64,000 nucleotides of DNA from Candidatus Omnitrophota bacterium (GTDB lineage: Bacteria > Omnitrophota > Gorgyraeia > Zapsychrales > JANLHA01), in the NCBI GenBank assembly GCA_040753435.1, contig JBFMEN010000067.1, positions 2,441 through 66,440 on the forward strand, given 5' to 3'. Made by a program: the position numbers and the translations under genes. Position 1 is the first letter of the stretch, and every line of letters starts with the position of its first letter. Below, in pieces: positions 31,079-42,300 of this stretch. Below the pieces are notes generated by a model. The model was not told the origin of the DNA. It searched no databases and worked only from the letters and a program-made list of their open reading frames with translations.

Positions 31079-34000
31079 GTGAAATTTCATGGCTGCGGGG
31101 AATATCTTAAAAAAGTTCTCTGCTTATTCATATCAATTGCCGTTGTCTCTAATTTTATATTCCCGGTAAACCTATTTGCGAACAACGCCTTCTTGCAGCT
31201 TCCGGCTCCGGGAACCATGGTCGGATTATCAAATACTTTCTCTCCGGTTTTGTTAAGAGGCGTTACCATCGACCCGCAGGATCCGATGAATCTGGAGTTT
31301 ATCGTTACCCCTGGTGATACGGGTATGGAAGGCGAATCTTTAAAACGCGAGTCGGAAAAGTTGATTAAATACTTCCTTACGTCGATCACGATTCCCGAAA
31401 AAGACCTCTGGGTGAATCTCTCACCTTATGAAGAAAACCGCATCGTTCCAAACGCCTTCGGTCAGACAGAAATGGGCCGGGACTTGCTGGCCCAGGATTA
31501 TTTTTTAAAACAGTTAACATCATCATTAATGTATCCCGAAGATGAACTTGGTAAAAAGTTTTGGGATAAAGTTTATGCAGAACTGAGAGAAAAATATGGC
31601 ATAACCGATATGCCGGTTAATACCTTCAATAAAGTATGGATCGTGCCCGGCGCGGTCACCATTTATGAACACAATAACAGCGCGTTTGTTGTCAATTCAC
31701 GACTGAAGGTGATGCTTGAAGAAGATTTTTTGGCGCTTGAAAACAACAAGTACAAGGATCAATTCAACGCGAACGATGTCTCTGGCGCACAAACCGGTAA
31801 GGTGAGCGAGGTCTCCAAAAATGCGATTCGTGAAGTTATTATTCCTTTGCTGGAAAAAGAAGTAAATGAAGGCGAAAATTTTGTCCAACTGCGGCAGATT
31901 TATAATTCGCTGATTCTGGCATCGTGGTTTAAAAAGACATTTCGGGACAGTTTCATCGCCCATGTATACGCCGGCAAAAATAAAATCGCCGGGGTAAACG
32001 CAGATGATCAACAGGCTAAAGAAAAAATTTACGGGCAGTACGTCGAAGCCTTTAACAAGGGTGTTTACAACTATATTAAGGAAGAGTACGACCACGGTAA
32101 ACAAGAGGTGATACCGCGAAAATATTTCAGCGGCGGGGTGAAAGCAGCTATTATTAAAGTCGATGAAGACGGCAACGTTGAATTTGAGAAAGGCGTAAGC
32201 ATAAAAACCGGAAGCGCCGCCGCGCGGCAGCTTCATTTTGAGGAACCTGTTACGTTTAAAATCAGGTTAATGGCTTATTCTCCAAGAGAGACTGAAAGGC
32301 GGCAAAGCGCGCGAACCTGGCTGCTTGGAAATAAAGCATCTTTAAAAGGAGTGCCTCAAGAAGGTGACACATTATCATTGCTGGGTCTTGACGATTATTT
32401 GTTCGACAGCCTCGAAGATAAACAGAACGTTGTCGATTCCGTCCGACCGATAATCCAGGCAGAAGCGATCATAAGTAAAGTCAACCCGATAATTCATAAT
32501 CTCGCAAAACAGATAAAAGAGGGAACTGTTGTCATGGACCCGGACAGCCCGTTTTATAATGCGCAAAAGCTGGCCATACGGGTTGGAGACATTGCGGAGA
32601 GCGAACTTGAGATGTCTTATTCAAAACTTCCTGACAAAACTCGCATAATGGTTGAGCTTGCTCTTTCAGCCTACGGCCTTAAACGTGCCTCAAACGACAC
32701 TGAAGGCGTATTTGAAATCGTGGCTGAACATAGGAACCAAGGCGAAGGCACTGACCATGCCATGCTGGCAGAAAGTTTGGCTGATCGAATCGTTGATAAA
32801 ATTAACAGGTTTAATGAATTTAAAGGGGCCGGGGGAAGAATAACGTTTAAACTGACAGCTAAAAAAATAGCCAGCGGCAGAGAAGGACAAAGTAAGGTCA
32901 TTATCGATGTTCATGATTTTGCCACTGGCCAAAGGTATCAACGTCTTCTTAATTTTACTTATGGCGAAAATATTAATTTTTCCGGCAATGTGGAACAGCC
33001 GGATGTTTTGAAATATATTGATGCTTTGATTAAGACAGCTAAACAAGAATTTTCATCGCAGCAAGGAAACATTACCCGGCAGTCGGAGGATTTAAGCCCG
33101 GCAGGCCGTAGAGCCCGGGTACTGGCAGAAAACCTGCAGGTATTATCTGAAAAATCGTCTATTAAAATTTCAAGCGGACAAATATACACGCTTAGACCGC
33201 AAATTGAAAAACAGGCAGTAGGTGATGGATACAGAGTCGACGTTTATCTGGCCGATGAAACCGGAACCAGCTCCGGCAATAAAGTGGCGCATATTATCGT
33301 TTCCGCTGATCCGAGTCAGGAAGAAAAAAATAAAGTCGTTTTAATGCCGCTTGCAAATGTTGTTTTCGGCAATGCGGCTTCTGTTGATTTGAGGAATCAG
33401 GGCGTGGAGAAGCAGTTACGGAGACTTGTTGAATCTTCGCAAAAGAAAAATTTCGATCTGGCTTTAGATGAACTTAAGAAATTAGAGGCAAAAGAACAAA
33501 ATGCTGTATTGACCGAGGAGGTTCTAAAGTTTTTAGAGCAACAAGTGGAACAAAAAAGCATTGTTGCCGACGAAGGTACGGTTTATGAAATTTTATTTGA
33601 TGTGGGGCCAAAAAATGACCAAGGTTTTCGTTATGTTTCTGTATATTTGATGCACCCATCAGGTTATGAATTTTATGCCGGTTCCTTTCGGGTTGAGCCA
33701 AGTGGAACCGAACGTAAATCTTTGGAGATTAAAAATAATGTAGAGGAATTGTTTTTTAAAAAAGGCCTCCTCTCAAAGCCACATGGTCAGAATTTCAGCG
33801 GTAGGATTGGGAAAATATTGAATGAACTTTTTGATTTGGCAGATAAAAAGTTTTCTCAGAAAGATAATTCTGCTTCTGATAGTAAATCAGCAGATGCTGC
33901 TGCTTCTGTTACTCCTTCTGATGTGGAAAGAATTGCTGAATATGTTGAAAACAAATTAGATGATTTTTCTTTTTCTGATAAGGAAGGCAATAAGTATCTA

Positions 34001-36118
34001 TTAAAAATAGAAAAAAGAATCGACGGTGCGGATGCTTTCTTTTCTGTATCGCTTGGAAGAGAAGGGGAAACATCAACTGCGGAAATTGCTGTGATCGAAG
34101 TTGACGCTGCAACGCAGACAGTTGAAATTACCAATTACGGTTTGGTGGATGTTGATTTTGGTCAAGGAGGCAAAGATTTGTCCGACTCCAGCCTTGAAGA
34201 ACCAATCAAAGAAACCCTTCGAAAGACTAAAACGGATGTAGAGAGATTATATTTTAAAAAAAGAACTACCGGAAATTTGAATTCAGGCGTTTCGAAAGAA
34301 AAACCGCAGGCGTCAGCGTTTGAACTTTTAAAGCAAGAAGTCCCGGCAGAAGTCGCGGGATTCGCCAGAATCGACGCGCTTGGCGCAGATACTGCAGACA
34401 CAACAGCTGATGACTTGTCCCCCTTTGCTTTATCCCAACGCCCAATAATTAAGGCTATTCGCGACTTGGAGTTAACGCCAGTACGAGTCGAAGAAGGAAA
34501 AAATTATACGTTGCGTTTCACAGAGATAAAATCGGATAATAACAATATACTTGTTTTTGTCGGATTGCAGAACACTAATAAACATAATATCTATGAACGG
34601 ATTGTTAGTTTTTATTTAACCCCGGATGGAAAAATTCGGGATTCCCGTTGGATAAGGTTATATTCGGACGTCCCGTTTTTGGGGGAGGACATTGAGAACG
34701 TAAAGGATTTTGAAAGAAAGTTACATGCCAAAATCCGTGAAATAATCGAACCTGCTGTTGGGCAAAAGATCGATGCCGGGTTGTCAGGTGCGTCAGGCAG
34801 TGAGGCTGTTTTATTGAAGTCAGACGCGTCTGAGAGTTTTTTGCTGGATGAAGATATTCTGCAGATGCAAAAAATAATTGCTGAAAATATTATCGATAAC
34901 TATTCCGGTATCTGGTTTGACGACAATCAAAGATATCCATACCGCCTGGAGATTGAGAGTAAATTTGAGGGCCCTAAAGTTAGACTTCTTGTGTCGCTTG
35001 AAAGAGGTGTCCAGAAATCAGACGCGATTATTGTTATTGATGTTGATGTTGCAGCACAGAAGGTTGAGATTACTGATCATGGTTTAACGAATATCGATTT
35101 TGGTGACGGAGGAGAAGATTTGTCTGATGCTGGTCTTGACGCATTCATCATTACGGAAATAAACAACATTAAAGAATATATCGATAGAATGCTGGCAGAA
35201 GCAAAAATTAAAGCTGACTTGAATGAGAAGTGGGGGAATCAATCAATTACCGGGAAGGCTGGAGAAACATACGGAGTAACGTTTGATGTGGAGGATGAAA
35301 ATAATGTAGAAATGGGAATTTATGTTTATGTTGTATCCCCTGACGGCAGAAAGGCATCTATTCCCGATGCGCATATTATATTTGATCGGAATGACCCGGA
35401 CGAACCAGAGGTCTTTGTGTCTTTGTTGGAAGACGTTATTTTTATAAACGGTGACGAAAATTTATCACGCGGTAATGCAAGGCGGAATCTTGAACGAATC
35501 GTAACTGAAGTAAAAAATTATGTCTCGCGTAAATATTTTTCTGAAAAAACAGCGCAGGAAACGGCTGAAGGGCTGAGTGAGTTTAAGTGGGCTGATGTTA
35601 ACAAAACATTTTTTACCAAAAGCAATAAACCATATTTCCTTTCTGTCGCAGTTAAAGAACCAGAAGGAGATAAATATTCAGCTTCAGTTCGTTTTGTTTC
35701 AAAGAATGATGAGAAAAATCATTTTAATGTCGCTTCATTTGATATACGTGACAGCGGGATTACAGGCTTTTCATTTGAGCCTGCGAATGAAAGGCAACGC
35801 GGGCTTTTGGTAAATAATATGTTTTCTGATTATGAACAATCGGTCATTGATATCATTGAGAAAGTTTCCGGTCTTGACGTTAATAAAGACCAACTTGAGG
35901 CGGCGTCGGGCACGGCCAGTGCTAACCCGCCCGGCGGTATCCTTTTTGATCCGGCCATGATCACTCTGAACATCGAGCGTGATGGTGGCTCCTCGCCGGT
36001 CACCTTTGACCCTCAAAATTTCCCCATCATTGATTTAACCACCTTTGAAGGCTTCTACTTCAACATAATAAACGTCGAACCCGCGAATTTGTCACTTATG
36101 TTAGGTTTGAATAAATAG
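31079..36118 (+). CDS. Giant secreted modular protein 2: conserved N-domain, divergent ~110-130-aa repeats, GGILFDP tail
   Basis: GAGGAG RBS + GTG start; signal peptide ending LFA-N; same N-domain motifs; DHAML at 32753; C-terminal GGILFDP...FEGFYFNIINVEP. Confidence 0.85.
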   Translation: MKFHGCGEYLKKVLCLFISIAVVSNFIFPVNLFANNAFLQLPAPGTMVGLSNTFSPVLLRGVTIDPQDPMNLEFIVTPGDTGMEGESLKRESEKLIKYFLTSITIPEKDLWVNLSPYEENRIVPNAFGQTEMGRDLLAQDYFLKQLTSSLMYPEDELGKKFWDKVYAELREKYGITDMPVNTFNKVWIVPGAVTIYEHNNSAFVVNSRLKVMLEEDFLALENNKYKDQFNANDVSGAQTGKVSEVSKNAIREVIIPLLEKEVNEGENFVQLRQIYNSLILASWFKKTFRDSFIAHVYAGKNKIAGVNADDQQAKEKIYGQYVEAFNKGVYNYIKEEYDHGKQEVIPRKYFSGGVKAAIIKVDEDGNVEFEKGVSIKTGSAAARQLHFEEPVTFKIRLMAYSPRETERRQSARTWLLGNKASLKGVPQEGDTLSLLGLDDYLFDSLEDKQNVVDSVRPIIQAEAIISKVNPIIHNLAKQIKEGTVVMDPDSPFYNAQKLAIRVGDIAESELEMSYSKLPDKTRIMVELALSAYGLKRASNDTEGVFEIVAEHRNQGEGTDHAMLAESLADRIVDKINRFNEFKGAGGRITFKLTAKKIASGREGQSKVIIDVHDFATGQRYQRLLNFTYGENINFSGNVEQPDVLKYIDALIKTAKQEFSSQQGNITRQSEDLSPAGRRARVLAENLQVLSEKSSIKISSGQIYTLRPQIEKQAVGDGYRVDVYLADETGTSSGNKVAHIIVSADPSQEEKNKVVLMPLANVVFGNAASVDLRNQGVEKQLRRLVESSQKKNFDLALDELKKLEAKEQNAVLTEEVLKFLEQQVEQKSIVADEGTVYEILFDVGPKNDQGFRYVSVYLMHPSGYEFYAGSFRVEPSGTERKSLEIKNNVEELFFKKGLLSKPHGQNFSGRIGKILNELFDLADKKFSQKDNSASDSKSADAAASVTPSDVERIAEYVENKLDDFSFSDKEGNKYLLKIEKRIDGADAFFSVSLGREGETSTAEIAVIEVDAATQTVEITNYGLVDVDFGQGGKDLSDSSLEEPIKETLRKTKTDVERLYFKKRTTGNLNSGVSKEKPQASAFELLKQEVPAEVAGFARIDALGADTADTTADDLSPFALSQRPIIKAIRDLELTPVRVEEGKNYTLRFTEIKSDNNNILVFVGLQNTNKHNIYERIVSFYLTPDGKIRDSRWIRLYSDVPFLGEDIENVKDFERKLHAKIREIIEPAVGQKIDAGLSGASGSEAVLLKSDASESFLLDEDILQMQKIIAENIIDNYSGIWFDDNQRYPYRLEIESKFEGPKVRLLVSLERGVQKSDAIIVIDVDVAAQKVEITDHGLTNIDFGDGGEDLSDAGLDAFIITEINNIKEYIDRMLAEAKIKADLNEKWGNQSITGKAGETYGVTFDVEDENNVEMGIYVYVVSPDGRKASIPDAHIIFDRNDPDEPEVFVSLLEDVIFINGDENLSRGNARRNLERIVTEVKNYVSRKYFSEKTAQETAEGLSEFKWADVNKTFFTKSNKPYFLSVAVKEPEGDKYSASVRFVSKNDEKNHFNVASFDIRDSGITGFSFEPANERQRGLLVNNMFSDYEQSVIDIIEKVSGLDVNKDQLEAASGTASANPPGGILFDPAMITLNIERDGGSSPVTFDPQNFPIIDLTTFEGFYFNIINVEPANLSLMLGLNK

Positions 36119-36177
36119 AAAAGTCATATCAGAAGATGTGAAATTATTGAGCGGTTGAATTATAATCAAATTCCCGA

Positions 36178-36222
36178 TTTTTACCGCGTTTCCCTGGCAG
36201 ATTTAATAAAATATGTTATATT
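36178..36222 (+). promoter_or_regulatory. Sigma70-type promoter within a 45-bp repeat (copy 2), upstream of giant gene 3
   Basis: TTTTTACCGCGTTTCCCTGGCAGATTTAATAAAATATGTTATATT, identical to 30975-31019. Confidence 0.65.
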
Positions 36223-36318
36223 TAAGTTAATTTAATAGAAATTTATTTTTATAAACGCCTAAATTACTCTCCGCTATAACGTTTTCGACCATTATTTTGG
36301 CAGAAGTGATCTATTTTA

Positions 36319-39300
36319 ATGAAATTTCGAAATTCCAGGACATATCGCCTTTTTTCCGCTTGTTTAAGCCTCATTCTGGCCGTGACGTTTGCTGTCCCTG
36401 CCCAGGCCCAGAGTGCCTTTATACCCGGCGCAGTCTCCAATGGGCTGAATCTGCCTGCACCCGGGACAATGGTCGGTCTGACGCCCGCTTATAGTCCTGC
36501 CATGGTTCGGGGAATCACCATTTATCCCGATCATCCCCTCCAGTTCGATTTTATCATAGATGCCGGAGACGATAATCTTGAGGGAGAGGCGTTCAGGGCC
36601 GAATCAACCAAACTGGTCAAATATTTTCTCGCCTCTTTGACTGTTCCTGAAGATGAGATGTGGGTCAATCTTTCGCCTTATGAGAAAGACCGGATCGTGC
36701 CGGAATCGTTCGGCCGGACAGAGATGGGCCGTGATTTGCTGGCGCAGGACTATATGCTGAAACAACTGACCGCGAGCCTCATGTATCCGGAAGAAGAGCT
36801 GGGGGCCGCGTTTTGGGACAAGGTTTTCATGCAGGCCAGGGAAAAATACGGCAAGACAGAGGTTCCGACGAATGTCTTTAATAAAGTCTGGATCGTTCCC
36901 GACAAGGCGGCGGTGTATGTGCATGGCAACAATGTGTTTGTGGCCGAGTCGCATCTGAAGGTGATGATGGAAGCGGATTACGCCGCGATGAGAAACGATT
37001 CTGGTTCCCAAGGTCCCAAGATCCCAAGTGCCCAAGGAAAAGATTTTACTTGGGAACATGGGAACATGGGAACTTTGGAACAGCAAGTCATCCGCGAAGT
37101 CATCATTCCCGCTATCGAAAAAGAAGTCAACGAAGGCAAGACCTTCGCGAATTTACGCCAAATCTACAACGCTTCCATCCTGGCGACGTGGTACAAACAA
37201 AATCTCAAAGCGAGCCTCCTGGGCCAAAAATATGTCGATAAGAACAAGGTTGCCGGCGTGGATATCGCAGACAAGGACGCCAGGTTCAAGATTTATGACC
37301 AGTACATCGAGGCCTTCAGGAAAGGCGTGTACAATTTTATCAGGGAAGACGTGGATCAGGCAACCCGAGAAATTATTCCGCGACACTATTTTTCCGGAGG
37401 GGCGAGTCTTGAGAAAAACGTCGCTGAAACCGGGAGCCCCGTTACGGGTTACGCCTTAAAAGAAAAGTTGAGCAAGCGCCCCATAAAACATGTGCTCTGG
37501 CGGGGGGAAAATCCCATATCAGGAAATGAAAATTTTAATGCGGGTACGGTTAATGCGGCTGAAATTTCGGGAATAATGACAAAGATTGAAAAACTGTTAA
37601 CAACTTTAGAGCAGACACGGACTCAGTCGCCATATTACGGCTCGGATGTTTACCAGGATGGCCTGCACGGTAAAAGCTCAATGTCTGATCTGTTTCATGG
37701 ATTTGAAAATAACAAAAGATTCGCCATTGAGTTACTGAAGTTGCAAATCTATTGGGAAGAACTCAACTTGTTAAGTTCCGCCAAAATTTTGACTCCCGAA
37801 ACCAGGGTTTATAGTTTGGCTTCCGGAATAGATTTTTTTCCAAGCTATTTTAGTAAAGAATTGCTGATGGTAGATTTTCAGCTTGATGCTGATGGCCTTG
37901 AGAGGGGATTAAAAAGATTTAAAGAAAAGATGCATGGAGGTCCATTTGCAGAGATTTTTTCTTCGGAAAAGAGGATGGCAAAGATACGATCTCTAGCTTT
38001 TAATTTACGGGATCCTCAACAACTCAGGGACTGGGCGAGCGGCTTGAAAAAAGGCGATGTGATTTTTATGAAATTTACAGAGGAGTTTTTGTTTCCTGGA
38101 AATAGTGAACGGAGTAAAAAAGAATGGCTTGACAACTTTTTGGAAATTTTGCCCGAGGGAGTTACGCTTGTTATATTTAATCACCATTCTTTTTCTACCA
38201 TTAATGAACGGCTGGAGGAAAAAAAAGATTTTCAAAAACAGACAGAACAATTATTTTCGCCTGAAAATCTTGCTCGTTTTAATACGATTAATGCCAGCGA
38301 GGCATTGATAGAAAATAAGAATGACAAACTTCCTCTTTATGCCAATTTGGTTCTTTCAGTTGGCGGCGCTTTGACCGTTATAAAGAAAGTAGCGTCCTCT
38401 GATCCTCTTCCTGCACCTGCTGGCCGCGCAAGTCCATCGGTGGAAACCGGAGAGAATGTTGCCCTGAACCCAGAGAGCGATCAGGCCATGCTTGCAACCG
38501 CGGTTGCTGAAGATTCCTTGCCGGTCTCTTACGCGCTGAAGAAGGCCTCAAACGACATCGCGTATTTAGCATATCCTCCTGAATTTAACAAACAGGTTAT
38601 TTATGACGAGGATGAAAGAACGCTTAAAATAAAGGGCGTTCCATTGCGGCCCATCAGTTTAAGTGAAGAAAATCAGACTCTAAATAACATTTATTTAGAT
38701 GAATCCGCTCAGATTGTTTACAGGTTGCCGCCTGAAGACAGATTTAATAAACCGTGGATCGTCGAAAGCTTTTTGTTGGGTAACGAGCTTGGTCTGAGTC
38801 CGAAAGTTTATGGGTATGGGCGCACGGCCAATGACTTGGAAGACGGATTTTTTTATATAGGAGTTGAGGCGATTCAGGGAGAGTCATTTGACAAGAAAAA
38901 AGCGATCACGCCCGAAGAGACAAGTGATTTTATTGCAACGCTTGCTGTGCTTATTAAGAACAAGGTAATTTTATTGGACATGCATCTGGAACAGTTTATG
39001 TGGGGCCACACAAAAAATGACGCACAGGACAAGGCATGGGTTTCTGACGCGGAGTTTTTAGAGTGGAGACCTTATTTGACAATAGAAGGAGTGGCGGAAA
39101 GTTATTATCGAGAATTTAACGATATTACCGAACTTAAGAAAGAAGATTTTTTCGCCGAAGTGCTTGATTTCCTTGATATGGTAAGAAAAACAGGAGAAGT
39201 TCCTGCCCTTGATTCTTTTGCTCATGCAAAAACAGCGGAGGGGGCACAAAATAATGAATGGATACCCCCGCAGTCTTCCGGCCAGCCTTCAGCCGACGCG

Positions 39301-42300
39301 GCCATGCTCTCGTCAGTAGTTCCTGAGAATATCCCGGCGCCGTCTTCTGCACAGTTAATCAGGCCGGAACTTATTTTCCTGGACTCGGATTTCGATTTAA
39401 ACACTGCCAAGCCGGAGGATGTGCTTGAGCCAAGCGATATCCGATATCTTGAACAGCAACAATTTCCACATGCGTTAATTAAACAGGCGGTGCGCTCAAT
39501 TTTTCGAACATCCGGTATAAATTATGGATTTGGAGAGCAAAACGGACTGGCACCCCGTGCTGATATTGATCAAGTCTCTTTAATTAAGCAGGAGTTCTCA
39601 AGAATCATTGCGCAAAAGAAAGGGGGGAAGCAGGAGATTAATATCGTGCAAATGGGTATCGGAAGTAACGATTCTGATGATCCGGAAAAAAACTTTAAAG
39701 AAACCCGGGAAATCTTTCAGGCCATGCATGCGGTTTTTGATGAGCAGGGATTGCCTATGGAAGACTGGACTGTGAATTTTGTCGCGGTTGATGTTAACGG
39801 AAGTTATATTAAAAATTTTGTGGAGAATCTTGAGATCCATTCCTTCCTGAAAGCTAAGATCAAAACGGTTCAGGCTGACGCGCTTGATGCCGGGGCCATG
39901 CAAGCGCTGGGAGAGATGAGAGGTCCGGATCTTATCTTTAGCAGAAATATGGCTTATCCAAATCATCATGCGGCTTTTCGTGATTTTGATCTGGGCGTTC
40001 ATCAATGGGAGCTTGAAGGGCTTTGGTCATGGTGGTCGAGTGCGGTTAACAAGGCCAAATATATTTTAAACGCATACATTACAACCCGTAACATCATTCA
40101 ATACCTGGCATCTCCGGAAAGCCGTTTTATTATGGGCACCGGGATTTACCGCGTGATTGATCCACAGCGCATGGAAAAAAAGGGTCTGAAATATTTTCTG
40201 GAGAACATGTCAAGTGCTGGCCGGTTAGATGCAGCCGAAATGTCTTCTGCTGCCGCACATTCCGGACCTCATGATACCGATCAGGCCATGCTTGCAACTG
40301 AAAACCGTCACGGAACATTTTTCGAAGACGCGCTGTCTTTTTTCAATCTGGAAGAAATAAAAGAAATCGCAGCACATTTTTCCCCTGAAAAAGACGTTCT
40401 GCCAGCAGAACAGATGTTGAGATTACATCATTCGGCGAATTCGCTTGATCAGGATGTCGCCGTCATAGCGCTGGATTTGCTGGAAAAAGTGCATGATTCC
40501 AATAACAGAGAAAATAAACGTCTTCTTCAGGATGCCCGACAAAGAGTTTTTGACTACATTAAAGCGGGACCTGCAGGCAGCTATTCCCGCGAAGCAAGAA
40601 TTAAACATGTTTTCTTTAAAACGGTTAGTTATAACGGAAGACGGAATTTTAAAAAGATTCTTATGCAGGCTGTAGATAAAGGCATGGATCTGGATGGGGT
40701 GCTGAAGAAACTCGATGCAATTGTGGATAAAGATCAGGAAGCGCTGAATTATCTTGGCCCCGGCATCGCCTTGTTAGAGCCAATGTATGTTTTAATGACC
40801 ATGGGCCCGCCGAACAGGGTAGATACATGGACAGGGATTGCCCGGCGGGTCTTTGTTGTGCCCGGCACGGCATCATCCGGCTTCGGGTTCGGCGGGTTTC
40901 ATCACTATCCCGGGCATTTCGATATTGAAAAATACAACGCTTTTTATGAGGCAATCCTCGACGTTATTCCCGAAGACCGCCTGCGGGCTATGGACGCCTA
41001 TTATTTTCTTGGAATCTGGGCGGAAACTCTTGGACCGGAAGCTTCCCGGTTTAAAGGGTTTGTTGACGCGATCGGACGCAATAATTTTATTCGCACCAAA
41101 AAGTTTTTTGGGGGCACTCATTCAACGCACATTACGCGTACAATTATTGATGCCTTTTCTAAAGGTGGGAAGTTTGATCAATCCAAACTCAAAGACTTTG
41201 TGGGATTTCTTGCGCTTCTGGTCGGCGAAGAAAACCTCAATAGTTTCTGGGATCACTTCGAAAGCTACGCCAATAGTCCTGTTTTTAAAGATCTTATCGC
41301 CGCCGACAGTCAAACCATGCAGCTTGTCAAAAAAGATCTGGAAGGAATGGATATCGTTTCCAAGCGCAAACGGATCGTCATGACGCCTGAATTTTTGAAA
41401 ATACTTATGGAGACTTTTTTCACCTTTTATGACATTGGGTCCGAAAAACCGGAAGAAACAGCTTTTAGTCATGTGATTGAAAATTTGGGCTTTTGGCGGC
41501 AGCACAGCGACAATCTTTCCGTTTTGTTACAATTGGCGAAAAGGCGCATGTTTTTCTTTGGAGGCGATCTCTCTCTTTCCAAAGAAATTCTCCGGAGCAG
41601 GGTTCTTCCTTATATCAATCAGTTGGAAGAAATCAGCGCGTTATCAACAATGGGACATAACTCTCATATTGATTTCCGAAAATTTATTATTGATCCCGCT
41701 GTGGATTTAAGGACCCGCATGAAGGTTGCCGAGAATTACACGGAACTCGTCACCATGCGGGAACTGGTGGGCGAAGATAAAGGCGAGAACGGGTTCCGAA
41801 CTGATTTTCTAACGGCTTACGATGAGTTGCATGCCGGGATTAATGAATTGATTTCCGGAGGCGCCAAAAAACTGCCCGATAAAGTTAAACGCCAGCAGCA
41901 GGTTTTGCGAACGAATTTCCTGCAATATTTACTGGGACGAAGATTGGAACCTGAGGAAGATGCCCTGCTGGAAGACGCGGGTGTGCGCAAACAGATTCTT
42001 ACGATCGTTTCCATTATTTCAACATTGGAGCATGCGGAATCCTTTCAGGAAGGCGATCTGGCAAGACACTTTGTCAAAAATGCCTTTAACGTTCTTTTGA
42101 AAAACTTCAGGCAAACGCAGGACATCGATACCGCGAAAGACGCGGTCACGGATTATGTGATGGGGATTACGGTCCAGGATGTGAAGGATGCGTTGATCAG
42201 GTTTCATCCGGATGATCAAGAGGAAATTGACAAATGGTTCGCCGACCGGAAATCCAATAAGGAAATGCGGGAACATCTCATCGGACTCGGCGTTAATCCT

